From positions 3,832 through 67,831 of the forward strand of contig JAJVHY010000001.1 in assembly GCA_022072455.1 (NCBI GenBank): a stretch of DNA of 64,000 nt. Reading direction: 5' to 3'. Of this stretch, positions 1 to 8,527 are shown in pieces. Position 1 is the stretch's first letter. Every line of letters starts with the position of its first letter. The position numbers and the translations under genes were made by a program. The notes beneath the pieces were generated by a model. The model searched no databases. It saw nothing but the letters and a program-made list of their open reading frames with translations, and was not told where the DNA came from. The DNA comes from Verrucomicrobiia bacterium (GTDB lineage Bacteria > Verrucomicrobiota > Verrucomicrobiia > Palsa-1439).

Positions 1-1773
1 CCGGCTGTCGCGCGTGTACGTCGTCGTGCGACTGAGTTCATCGGTGTGCGTCAGCACCCGCCCCAGACTGTCCCGCGTCCAGCTCATCGTCGTGCTATCG
101 GGATGGGTCTTGCCCAGAACCCGGCCTTGGACGTCGTTGGTGAACGTCGTTACCCGCCCCAGCGGATCGGTGAGTTGGATGAGAAAGCCCTGATTGTTTT
201 GGTTGTAGGCCAGTTTCGTGACCCGGCCCAGCCCATCCGTGCGGTTGGTCAGCATCCCGATGCTGTTGCCGCGAAACAATTCCACTTTGCCGTTGCCGTA
301 GATCACTTTCGAGTGGTTGCCGGGGCCATTCCACTCCGCCCTCGCGATGGTGTCGCCCGTCACGCCGTTCTGCTCCTCGCTCACCACCCCGAAGGTCGAT
401 TGCTTCTGGGTATAGACATACTTGATATGCGCCGCCCGCCCGTCGCCGCGCGGATCCCGCGCCTCGGCCAGCAGCGGCCGGACTCCGGGCGTTTGCAGTA
501 CATACCCGTACTGGCCTTGCGTGCCGTCGCTGTAGGTCGCCCGCGTCAACAGCAAGTGCTCCGTTTCGAGCACGTAATCCATCACGTTTGTGTAGCCGTA
601 CACCACTGACCGACCGTCACTGGTGTCCACCCGCTGGATGACGGTCACGGAATTCGTGATCTCCCGCATTCCGGCGAAGACGCCGCCGCTCATATTGCTC
701 GGCTCTGGCGGCGGGAAGAACCGCACTTGGCTGATCCGCTTGGCAATGCCAGCCCCGAGGTCCAACCCGGTAAACCCGTGGGGTTTGTAGGCATACTGGA
801 AGAACGTATTGGTGTCGCCGTCAAACGCTTTGTCAAAGGTCGCCGTTGGATAGTTCGAGTGCGCCGGACTCGTGCCGCAGGGGCTGCCGGTCAACACCAC
901 GCCATTGGTACCCACAAATTCAATTTCGCTGATGTTGGACCAGTCGGAAGATGAGTAGCGAAAGTAACGATAAGCGCCCGTCGAACTCACTGTGAGCGTC
1001 GTCCATTGGTTGCTGGGCGGCGGGCCGCTGACCGTGGCCAGATTGACCCGCTGCAGGACGGCCACGGGCAGGTTGGTGTAGGTCACCTTCAACCACCGCC
1101 CCGCCGGTTCGGTAATCTGGGTCACCCGCGTCGTGTTCGTCGTGAATGCCAGCGTGTAGACATTGCTCTGACTATCGGTAAACGACTCCAGCCGTTTGGC
1201 CCCGCTGGCGTTGTACGTTTTGAAATTGTACCGCCAGCCGTTCCGGCGCGTCAAAGTGAACGAACCATCCACATTCGAAACCAGCACGTCGGGACAACTG
1301 GCGACGCCGACGTAAGTGCCATTCGTGTACGTGAACGTGTAGATCGTGCCATCGGGATAATTCACCTGCTTGCTTCCGCCGCTGGCATCCAAGAATTCCC
1401 ACTGATACGAGTGACGGGCCTGCTGGCCGTCCCCAAACCAATATAGCGGATAGAGCGCCCGACTATGCAGGTGCCGTTCCCACGTCAAGGCATGCTCGCC
1501 GACGCCGCCCCAGACCTCAAGATCGCGGATGGCGCGGTAGCGGTTGCCGCCAAAGACCCCGAACGGATTCACGCCCCCCGCTGGTAAAGGACAGGGCGGA
1601 CATTCACACGGCGGCTCGGTCGGCCCGCCGGGGGTGGAATTGTTACAAGCAACGGGATTGCTGTTGTCGGGATCCGGCGCAGGAACCAGAGCCGGGATCT
1701 CCTGCCCGTTGACGCCCAGAGTGAGCGCGATCAGTGTCGCGCCTGCCATCATCAGCCGTTGGATCTTCTTCAT
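1..1773 (-). CDS. Rhs-family YD-repeat protein, N-terminal ~590 codons; gene runs off the window at position 1 (C-terminal toxin region not in window)
   Basis: Manual translation of the minus strand from ATG at 1771-1773 is stop-free down to position 1. N-terminal signal-like peptide MKKIQRLMMAGATLIALTLGVNG. Repeated YD/Rhs-type motifs near the window edge (GRVTKLAYNQNNQ, GRVTTFTNDVQGRVLGKTHPD, GRVLTHTDELSRTTTYTRDS). A central region resembles a discoidin/F5-8 type C carbohydrate-binding domain (SDWSNISEIEFVG). Absent from the ORF track because no stop codon lies inside the window. Confidence 0.75.
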   Translation of the reverse strand, partial: MKKIQRLMMAGATLIALTLGVNGQEIPALVPAPDPDNSNPVACNNSTPGGPTEPPCECPPCPLPAGGVNPFGVFGGNRYRAIRDLEVWGGVGEHALTWERHLHSRALYPLYWFGDGQQARHSYQWEFLDASGGSKQVNYPDGTIYTFTYTNGTYVGVASCPDVLVSNVDGSFTLTRRNGWRYNFKTYNASGAKRLESFTDSQSNVYTLAFTTNTTRVTQITEPAGRWLKVTYTNLPVAVLQRVNLATVSGPPPSNQWTTLTVSSTGAYRYFRYSSSDWSNISEIEFVGTNGVVLTGSPCGTSPAHSNYPTATFDKAFDGDTNTFFQYAYKPHGFTGLDLGAGIAKRISQVRFFPPPEPSNMSGGVFAGMREITNSVTVIQRVDTSDGRSVVYGYTNVMDYVLETEHLLLTRATYSDGTQGQYGYVLQTPGVRPLLAEARDPRGDGRAAHIKYVYTQKQSTFGVVSEEQNGVTGDTIARAEWNGPGNHSKVIYGNGKVELFRGNSIGMLTNRTDGLGRVTKLAYNQNNQGFLIQLTDPLGRVTTFTNDVQGRVLGKTHPDSTTMSWTRDSLGRVLTHTDELSRTTTYTRDSR

Positions 1774-1807
1774 GGTTGTGTCTCCCAAAAGTTCGTCAGT
1801 CCTCAGT

Positions 1808-2473
1808 TCACCGGGTCGCCAAGGCCAGCGGCTCGCCGGCCCAAAATTGCACCAGCTTGGTTTCCGTCCCGCGCCGCAGCCGGATGCGGTAAATCCCGCG
1901 GTTGTCGCCCGTGTTGAACTGGAACGCGACCGTGCGGTGCGCATCCAACTCCATGGGCAACACGCGCTGCCCATCCTGCAAGGTGCCGCCATCTTCCACC
2001 ATGGCCACCACCCGCTGGCCGGCCTCGCCTGCGCCAAAGGCCACTGCCACCGCGACCGGTTGGTTGGGTTGAATTCGGATTTCGTTGAACACACCATGTT
2101 CGTTCGAACGTTCGCGGAAAGTGTGAGTGCCGACCTGAATGGTGGCGGTGGCGACCGGGTCCGGCAGGTCGGCCGCCAGCGCTTCGGAGCTGGCTGGCGG
2201 AGTGGAACGGGCGGCGCGCCCGGTTGGTGTCGCACGAGGATCCGGCGCATGGCTGTTGCCGGCGGATATTGCTGAGCCGGTCGCGACCGGGAGGTCGCTC
2301 CTACCTTCTGGGGATGAAACGGGCGCGCCGCCCATTCCACTTGCGCTATCCTGCGCAACTGCCGCTGGGGGCTCGGCGTCTTCGCGTGAAACATTCTGAG
2401 TTCGCGGCCACAGCACCAACGCGATCACGACTACAATCGCCACCACACATGGAATGAAGATTCTTGGTTTCAT
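1808..2473 (-). CDS. hypothetical membrane-anchored protein (N-terminal TM helix, Pro/Ala-rich linker, C-terminal domain of unknown function)
   Basis: ORF track 221 aa. Hydrophobic N-terminus IFIPCVVAIVVVIALVLW. Same strand as the Rhs gene and immediately upstream of it. Confidence 0.5.
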   Translation of the reverse strand: MKPRIFIPCVVAIVVVIALVLWPRTQNVSREDAEPPAAVAQDSASGMGGAPVSSPEGRSDLPVATGSAISAGNSHAPDPRATPTGRAARSTPPASSEALAADLPDPVATATIQVGTHTFRERSNEHGVFNEIRIQPNQPVAVAVAFGAGEAGQRVVAMVEDGGTLQDGQRVLPMELDAHRTVAFQFNTGDNRGIYRIRLRRGTETKLVQFWAGEPLALATR

Positions 2474-2509
2474 TAGTTCGGTTCTCCGTTCAAGGTTCGA
2501 GGTTCACGG

Positions 2510-3343
2510 TTACGGCCCGACGGTGATGCTATCGACGTCCGACCAGTCGCCATTGGGAAAACCTTTGTCCCAATACCGCATCCGGTACTCGCGCACCTCC
2601 GGCACGCCGGGCTGCGCCAGCGGCCGGTCATCGAGGTACGGCGATTCCGTGTCAATCGCCAGAAACTCCCAGTCGCCGGTGCCGCGTTTGCATTCGATAT
2701 ACACGCCCATGTGCCCGTTCTTCTTGAAGTCGGCGCGAACCGCCTTCTGGCCGGTCCCTTGCACCAACGTCAACTTCGGGTCGGGCGCGGCCAACGCGCT
2801 CGCGGAAGACGCCGACGCAGCGGGGCCGATAATGTTGAGGTCTTGCCCGATCGTTTCCGTGTAGCCGGGACTTTTCTTGATCACTTGCACAAGATCAAAC
2901 AGCCGGTTGAGCGCCCCCGGCGGGACCGGCGCGACACCGGCCGGCAACGCGGGCAGGTTGAACACCGGCAAGACCACCGCGTCCGGGCCTGTGCCGCTGA
3001 CCAATAAATCCATCGCGGCAGTCGCCGCCGGCCCAAACGCGCGGACAGCCGTCAACCATTCGCCGAGCACGTAGATCATGAAGTTGCACGATGCCACGCA
3101 CGCGTCCACGTGTGCCGGCGGCAAACTCAACGGCATGACCAGTGCCGGTACCTTATTGCGGAAATTCTCCAACCAGGGCACTTGGGCGCTGATGCGGTTC
3201 GGGAAGTAGCGTTGACTGTTCATTCGTCCTTTCAGGGTTGGTTGGGTTTTTGCGGCCAAAATCTCCGCCGCGGTTGGGTACCGCCAGCCACGGTCAAAGC
3301 GAACAGCGGGATCACCCCAGCGAGGAAGCCATGGATTTGCCAT
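2510..3343 (-). CDS. hypothetical protein with fibronectin-III-like C-terminus
   Basis: ORF track 277 aa. C-terminal EYRMRYWDKGFPNGDWSDV resembles the FN3 consensus (Y-R-V-A...G-S-WS). First gene of a possible hyp-hyp-Rhs operon. Confidence 0.45.
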   Translation of the reverse strand: MANPWLPRWGDPAVRFDRGWRYPTAAEILAAKTQPTLKGRMNSQRYFPNRISAQVPWLENFRNKVPALVMPLSLPPAHVDACVASCNFMIYVLGEWLTAVRAFGPAATAAMDLLVSGTGPDAVVLPVFNLPALPAGVAPVPPGALNRLFDLVQVIKKSPGYTETIGQDLNIIGPAASASSASALAAPDPKLTLVQGTGQKAVRADFKKNGHMGVYIECKRGTGDWEFLAIDTESPYLDDRPLAQPGVPEVREYRMRYWDKGFPNGDWSDVDSITVGP

Positions 3344-3409
3344 AAGTTATTGATTAAGAATCCACTGCGTACATTTAATGGGCTGGAGTGTGTCGGTCGC
3401 GAACGCGGG

Positions 3410-3682
3410 GCGACCTGCCAGAAACCGTTGGCGACATGTCCCCAACCGCCCGCGACAAGTCGCGGCTCGTGGGCGACAGGCAAGAAACTGCGGCGGACTT
3501 GTCGCGCCACCAAGGCGACACGTCGAAATTGGCAGGCGAAAGATCGCGAACGGCTGCGGACTTGTCGCGGCTCAGGCGCGACTTGTCCGCCGCACGCGGC
3601 GATGCGTCGCGAACTGCCGGGGACAAATGCGGAAACGGCGGCGACATGTCCTCGCGCGTGGGCGACCGAGCCGAGAGTTCGC
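3410..3682. repeat. 13 tandem copies of a degenerate 21-bp repeat, each starting (G/C)GCGAC and carrying a GAC-N2-4-GTC dyad
   Basis: Copies begin at 3410, 3431, 3452, 3473, 3494, 3515, 3536, 3557, 3578, 3599, 3620, 3641 and 3662, an exact 21-bp phase. Examples: ggcgacatgtcc (twice), cgcgacaagtcgcgg, gcggacttgtcgcg (twice), cgcgacttgtccgcc. Intergenic between the response-regulator stop (3759) and the start of gene 2510..3343. Confidence 0.8.
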
Positions 3683-3758
3683 AAATTCATGGGCGCGACA
3701 CTAGCCGGTGGTCAGCCGTCTGTCTGTCGGACAAAGTCTGATTTTTGTATCGTAATTT

Positions 3759-4427
3759 TTACGATAACCCGCAGAGGAACAACCAGGCTGCGCTGTGCCG
3801 TAAAGCCAACACCGTCAATTCGTGTGTGTCGTGAACGCCGGCTTTCACCCGCATGTGTTCGAGGTGCGAATAGACCGTTGACACCGCCGTATTCAGCGCC
3901 ACGGCGATGTGCCCCGGTGTGCAGCCCCGCTGTAATAAACGGAAGACTTCCCGCTCCCGATCCGTGTACAGCGCCAGTGGGGAGAGATCAGCGGCCGGCC
4001 CGGCCAGCCAGACATCCGTGAGTTTGCCAGCTACCGCTGGCGAGATATACCGGCCACCGGTCAACACAGTATGAATGGCGGTCACGAGCGCCGCGACAGG
4101 TTCCTGCTTGTGGACGTAACCCCGCGCCCCAGCGCGTAAACAACGGGCCGCATGATCCGGATCGTCGTACATGGAAAAGATCAACGCGAGCACCGCCGGG
4201 TATTGGGCGCGCAAATCCTTGAGGACTTCCAATCCAGAAGTAGCGCCCAAACTTAGTTCAACGAGGACAAGTGTCGGCTGGGTGGCCGCAATCCCGGCCA
4301 GCGCGCTGGCCCGGTCACCGGCTTCGCCGCAGACCTCCATATCCTCCCGCCCGTTGAGCAATTGACCGATCCCCCAGCGCATCGTCGGATGGTCATCAAC
4401 CAGAAAAATTCGCGCGCGCGCTTTCAC
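3759..4427 (-). CDS. two-component response regulator, NarL/FixJ (LuxR-type HTH) family
   Basis: REC domain (IFLVDDHPTMRWGI...) plus C-terminal LuxR/GerE HTH (REREVFRLLQRGCTPGHIAVALNTAVSTVYSHLEHMRVK). Apparent GTG start. No histidine kinase gene adjacent. Confidence 0.85.
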   Translation of the reverse strand: MKARARIFLVDDHPTMRWGIGQLLNGREDMEVCGEAGDRASALAGIAATQPTLVLVELSLGATSGLEVLKDLRAQYPAVLALIFSMYDDPDHAARCLRAGARGYVHKQEPVAALVTAIHTVLTGGRYISPAVAGKLTDVWLAGPAADLSPLALYTDREREVFRLLQRGCTPGHIAVALNTAVSTVYSHLEHMRVKAGVHDTHELTVLALRHSAAWLFLCGLS

Positions 4428-4457
4428 AATAGTCGCCCAGTAAGTGGCGCAACTTTA

Positions 4458-4470
4458 CCCCCCCCCCCCC
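4458..4470. repeat. homopolymeric C13 tract (G13 on minus strand) in the divergent promoter region between the response regulator and cca
   Basis: Seen directly: acccccccccccccT at 4458-4470, about 30 nt upstream of the response regulator GTG start and about 75 nt upstream of the cca ATG. Confidence 0.9.
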
Positions 4471-4544
4471 TCTGTCACGCAAGAAAAATTTTCGTGGCAC
4501 AATCCCACTTGTCGAGTCCGGTCGAACTCCGGTACGTTCACCTC

Positions 4545-5930
4545 ATGCGCGCGACCGCTGAAAACATTGTCCGCCGCCTGCGGGACGCGGGCCAGACTGC
4601 CTACTTTGCCGGTGGGTGCGTGCGCGACATGGTGCGCGGCGTTGAACCCCACGATTTCGACATCGCGACCACCGCCACACCGGAGCAAGTCCGGCAAGTG
4701 TTTCCGCGGACGATTCCAGTCGGGGCGGCATTCGGCGTCATCCTCGTTTTGGAGGGCGATCACCAATTCGAGGTGGCCACGTTTCGTAGCGACGCGGCGT
4801 ATATGGATGGCCGGCATCCGAGCGCGGTCCGGTATGGTTCGCCAGCGGAGGATGCGCAGCGACGGGACTTTACGGTGAATGGGTTGTTTTTTGATCCCTG
4901 CGCGGACGGCGCTCCCGGCGCGAGCGCCCTACCGGGGGGCAGTGGTAGGGCGCTCGCGCCGCGCCAGCCACCGGGGTTGATTGATTTTGTTGGGGGCGTT
5001 GCTGACATCGACCGGCAAATCATCCGCTGCATCGGCGAACCGCGGCACCGCTTTGCCGAAGATAAACTCCGGCTCCTGCGGGCGGTTCGGTTTGCCGCGA
5101 ACCTTGGGTTTGAAATCGAGCCGGCCACATTCGCGGCGGTTCAGGAAATGGCCGGGCAAATCCACGTCGTCAGCGCGGAACGGATCCGCGACGAGTTGAT
5201 CAAGATTTTCACCCGCCCGAATGCCGGCCGGGGATTGGAGTTGCTGGAGAAAACGGGTTTGCTCAAGGAAGTCTTGCCGGAGGTGGCGGCGATGCGCGGG
5301 GTGGAACAACCACCGGCATTTCACCCGGAAGGTGATGTGTTCACCCACACGAAAATCATGCTCGATACGCTGCCGGCAGACACGAGCTTGGAACTGGCGT
5401 TCGCGGTGCTGCTGCACGATGTCGGCAAGCCGCCGACGTTTGTGCGCGCGCCGGACCGGATCCGCTTCAACGAGCATGACCGGGTTGGCGCGGAGATGAC
5501 GGAAGTCATTCTGCGGCGGTTGCGGTTTTCGAATGAGCAGATTGACCAGATCTCGTTGTGCGTCCGGGAACACATGAAGTTTCAGTTCGTGCAGGAAATG
5601 CGACCGGCGAAATTGAAACGGTTGTTGGGTCGGCCGACGTTTTCGACGGAGTTGGAGTTGCACCGGATTGATTGCTTGTCGAGTCACCGGAATCTGGAGA
5701 ATTACGATTTTCTGACGCAGAAACTCCGTGAGTTGCCGCCGGAGGTGATCAAGCCGGAGCCGTTGTTGACCGGACACGATCTGCTGGCACTCGGGTTTAC
5801 GCCGGGGCCGTTGGTGGGGCAGGTTTTGCAGGAGGTGGCGGAGGCGCAACTGGACGAACGGTTGCGGTCCCGGGAGGAAGCGCTGGCTTACGCCCGGCAC
5901 CGCCGCGCCGAACTGCCAAATACCGATTGA
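4545..5930 (+). CDS. cca: CCA-adding tRNA nucleotidyltransferase (Pol-beta head domain plus HD domain)
   Basis: Motifs GGCVRD...DFD (nucleotidyltransferase head) and LLHDVGKP (HD domain). Start chosen at ATG 4545 (MRATAENIV) because the longer ORF (4362) overlaps the divergent response-regulator gene. Confidence 0.8.
   Translation: MRATAENIVRRLRDAGQTAYFAGGCVRDMVRGVEPHDFDIATTATPEQVRQVFPRTIPVGAAFGVILVLEGDHQFEVATFRSDAAYMDGRHPSAVRYGSPAEDAQRRDFTVNGLFFDPCADGAPGASALPGGSGRALAPRQPPGLIDFVGGVADIDRQIIRCIGEPRHRFAEDKLRLLRAVRFAANLGFEIEPATFAAVQEMAGQIHVVSAERIRDELIKIFTRPNAGRGLELLEKTGLLKEVLPEVAAMRGVEQPPAFHPEGDVFTHTKIMLDTLPADTSLELAFAVLLHDVGKPPTFVRAPDRIRFNEHDRVGAEMTEVILRRLRFSNEQIDQISLCVREHMKFQFVQEMRPAKLKRLLGRPTFSTELELHRIDCLSSHRNLENYDFLTQKLRELPPEVIKPEPLLTGHDLLALGFTPGPLVGQVLQEVAEAQLDERLRSREEALAYARHRRAELPNTD
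4919..4958. repeat. perfect 15-bp inverted repeat (cgcgagcgccctacc / ggtagggcgctcgcg) with 10-nt G-rich loop, in-frame inside cca
   Basis: Seen directly. Encodes the G/A/P-rich stretch ...PGASALPGGSGRALAP... that interrupts the conserved head domain between FFDP and LIDFVGG. Confidence 0.7.
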
Positions 5931-6966
5931 TGTTCTCATTGGTCAACCATCCCACCAGCCGATCGTCCTCCAAGACCGGCACGCTCCCCCACCCTTCGGC
6001 GAGGATTTCGTCGTAAACCTGGACGAGCCGGTCATGCGGACTGACCGGCGGGACGGTTTGGTCCATGATGGTTTCGACGGGACCGGTCGTTTTCAGGATA
6101 TCAGCGCGGGAGACGCTGCCGAGGAACCGGTCATCAGCTAGGACCGGGAAATCATCCTGACCAGTTTGGAATAATAATCGCGTTGCGTGCTCGCAGGAGT
6201 CGGTCGGCGTGAGAGAGACGAAGTTACGCATCATCACTGCGGCGACGTCGCAGTCAGCCAGCGCGGTGCGGGTGCGGACAAGGCGTTCTTCGGCTTCGGC
6301 ACCGAGGAAGATGAAGACGCCAATGATGATGAGCCAGAACGGAATAACCCCCGGCAAGAGCTGGCTGCCGGTCAGCCCTGCCATGATGAAAATGATGGCG
6401 ATGGCTTGGCCGATGAGGGCGGCAATGCTGGTGGCGCGGTGGTACGGCAAGACCAAGGCAAGCACGGCACGCACGAGCCGGCCGCCGTCCATCGGGAAGG
6501 CCGGGATGAAGTTGAAGAGAAAGAGCGTGAGATTGGCTTTCAACAAAGCAGTCAGAAAGGCGTGGAAATCGTGCGGGAGGTAGACGAGGAGGAGTTCTTT
6601 TGGCAAGCCAATCACCGGGAGCAAGAGGAGCGCGATCACGGCGTTGACGAGCGGGCCGGCCAAGGTGATGGCGATTTCGTGCCAGGGATTTTGCGGGATG
6701 CTTTTCAGCGCCGCGACGCCGCCGATGGGCAGCAAGGTGATACTGCGGACTTCGATGCCGAACTGTTGGGCGACGAGGCTGTGGCCGAGTTCGTGGAGAA
6801 TGATGCAGCCAAAGACGGCACAGATGAAACCGACGCTCCAAAGCGCCATGAGGAGGTTGAGTTCCCGGTAGGTCGAATAGCCGATGAACAGCAGCAACGC
6901 CAGAAACGTGACATGCAGGCGCAGCGAAATGCCGGAAATTCGGCCAATTGGGAATGACCAACGCAT
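5797..6966 (-). CDS. site-2 protease family (peptidase M50) membrane metalloprotease with CBS domain pair
   Basis: HExxH (ILHELGH), multiple TM helices, LDG motif region (FPMDGGRL), C-terminal CBS-like region. Start at ATG 6964-6966 (MRWSF...). The 3' tail overlaps the cca 3' end by about 130 nt (convergent). Confidence 0.8.
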   Translation of the reverse strand: MRWSFPIGRISGISLRLHVTFLALLLFIGYSTYRELNLLMALWSVGFICAVFGCIILHELGHSLVAQQFGIEVRSITLLPIGGVAALKSIPQNPWHEIAITLAGPLVNAVIALLLLPVIGLPKELLLVYLPHDFHAFLTALLKANLTLFLFNFIPAFPMDGGRLVRAVLALVLPYHRATSIAALIGQAIAIIFIMAGLTGSQLLPGVIPFWLIIIGVFIFLGAEAEERLVRTRTALADCDVAAVMMRNFVSLTPTDSCEHATRLLFQTGQDDFPVLADDRFLGSVSRADILKTTGPVETIMDQTVPPVSPHDRLVQVYDEILAEGWGSVPVLEDDRLVGWLTNENINRYLAVRRGGAGRKPALPPGTATVRPVAPPPPPAKPAPPTAPA

Positions 6967-7055
6967 GCCGGTTAGTAACACGCAGTGACGGCAATCGCAA
7001 GCAGTGCCCCCGTAAGCTTGCGTGTCGGCAATCGTCCGCCTAAGATTCCGCCGCA

Positions 7056-8480
7056 ATGAATAAAATTTTGGTGGTGGATGATGATGCGGATATTCGCCGG
7101 GCGTTTCGGCGGAATTTGGAGAGTCCCGAGCTGACGGTCGCGGAAGCGGCGGACGGACCGAGCGCCATTCACCAGGTCGCGGCGGTGCAGCCGGATGTGG
7201 TGGTGATGGATGTGCGGATGGGAGCCACGAACGGGCTGGATACGTTGAAGAAACTCCGGGAACTGAACCCGAAGTTGCTCATCATCATGATGACGGCGTA
7301 CGGGACGACGCAGACCGCCATCGAAGCGATGAAGCTCGGGGCCTACGACTACGTGTTGAAGCCGCTGGATGTGCCAAAGTTGAAGGCGTTGATCGCCGCC
7401 GCGTTGAAATCGGCGAAGGATATGCGCGAGGTGGTGAGTTATCAGCCGATGCTGGCGAAGGAGGATTACGCGGAAGGCATCGTCGGCAAGAGTGAAGCGA
7501 TGCAGCAGGTGTTCAAGATGATCGGGCAGGTGTCGAATTCGGAGGCGACAGTCTTGATCACCGGTGAGAGCGGCACCGGCAAGGAACTCGTGGCGCGGGC
7601 CGTTTATCACCATAGTCCACGCAAAGCGCAGCCGTTTCTGGCGATCAATTGCGCAGCGATACCGGAGAATTTGTTGGAGAGCGAGTTGTTCGGGCATGAA
7701 CGCGGGGCGTTCACGGGCGCGAGTGACCGGCGGATCGGGAAATTTGAGCAATGCGATCGCGGGACGTTGTTTCTGGACGAAATCGGGGACATGCCGCTTT
7801 CTACTCAGACGAAGATTTTGCGGGTGTTGCAGAATGGGGAGTTTCAGCGGGTCGGCGGCAATCAGACAATCACGGTGGATGTGCGGATCATTGCGGCGAC
7901 GAACAAGGCGTTGGAACGGCAAGTGGCAGAGAAGAAGTTCCGGGAGGACTTGTATTACCGGCTGAATGTGGTGCGGGTGCATTTGCCGCCGCTGCGGGAA
8001 CGGTTGGATGATTTGCCGGTGTTGGTGGATTACTTTTTGCAGAAATTGGCGAAGAACGTCCCCTCCTCCGCGCGCGGGAAGCGAATTGCGGTACCGGCAT
8101 TGCGCCAGTTGGAGAAGTACAGTTGGCCGGGGAATGTGCGCGAGTTGGAAAATTGCATGGAACGCGCGGCGGTGGTGTCGCGCGGCGAGCATATCGTGGT
8201 GGAGGATTTGCCGGCAGAGGTGCGGGAGCCACGAACGGTGACGGCGGCCACGGATTTGAATGCGGCGGTTGATTCTGCCGCGCAGGCGTTATTCGCGTTG
8301 GCCCGTCGGGACCGGTCGTTGAAACTGGTGCCGTTGATGGAGCGCGAGTTGATCATCCGCGCGCTCGCGGAGACCGGCGGCAATCAGGTGCAGACCGCGA
8401 AGCTGTTGGGTATCACGCGGGCCACTCTCCGCAAGCGGATCGAGAAGTTTGGGATTATGCGGCGGTTGGAAGTGAAGTAG
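7056..8480 (+). CDS. sigma-54-dependent response regulator (NtrC family bEBP: REC + AAA+ + Fis-type HTH)
   Basis: REC with phospho-acceptor region (VVVMDVRMG). Walker [15 protein letters not shown] motif (ERGAFTGA). ESELFGHE. C-terminal [25 protein letters not shown]. Confidence 0.9.
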   Translation: MNKILVVDDDADIRRAFRRNLESPELTVAEAADGPSAIHQVAAVQPDVVVMDVRMGATNGLDTLKKLRELNPKLLIIMMTAYGTTQTAIEAMKLGAYDYVLKPLDVPKLKALIAAALKSAKDMREVVSYQPMLAKEDYAEGIVGKSEAMQQVFKMIGQVSNSEATVLITGESGTGKELVARAVYHHSPRKAQPFLAINCAAIPENLLESELFGHERGAFTGASDRRIGKFEQCDRGTLFLDEIGDMPLSTQTKILRVLQNGEFQRVGGNQTITVDVRIIAATNKALERQVAEKKFREDLYYRLNVVRVHLPPLRERLDDLPVLVDYFLQKLAKNVPSSARGKRIAVPALRQLEKYSWPGNVRELENCMERAAVVSRGEHIVVEDLPAEVREPRTVTAATDLNAAVDSAAQALFALARRDRSLKLVPLMERELIIRALAETGGNQVQTAKLLGITRATLRKRIEKFGIMRRLEVK

Positions 8481-8527
8481 TCACCGCGCACAACCTTGGG
8501 TTTCGGGGCCGCGATTTGCTACCGGGT

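Noticed and set aside
46-2275. Plus-strand ORFs 46-609, 727-954, 1006-1446 and 1544-2275 from the ORF track
   Set aside because: They lie antisense to the stop-free Rhs reading frame, whose YD repeats and signal peptide are recognisable. They have no recognisable motifs and are typical high-GC antisense open frames.
3410-3682. CRISPR array
   Set aside because: The units are contiguous 21-bp repeats with no unique spacers. No cas genes are present in the window.
3375-3741. ORFs 3375-3647(-), 3378-3704(+) and 3388-3741(+) spanning the 21-bp repeat array
   Set aside because: All three frames are open only because the repeat is GC-rich and stop-free. The DNA-level dyad symmetry and exact 21-bp phasing argue for a non-coding element. 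The heptad-peptide possibility is kept only as an alternative inside the finding.
4362-4544. N-terminal 61-codon extension of the cca ORF
   Set aside because: It overlaps the divergent response-regulator gene and has no conserved residues. The conserved head domain begins right after ATG 4545.
6187-7000. ORFs 6187-6957(+), 6209-6583(+) and 6254-7000(-) inside the M50 protease gene
   Set aside because: Alternative-frame and antisense open frames of a gene with clear HExxH and TM architecture. They are low-complexity Asp/Glu or Arg/Pro-rich artefacts.
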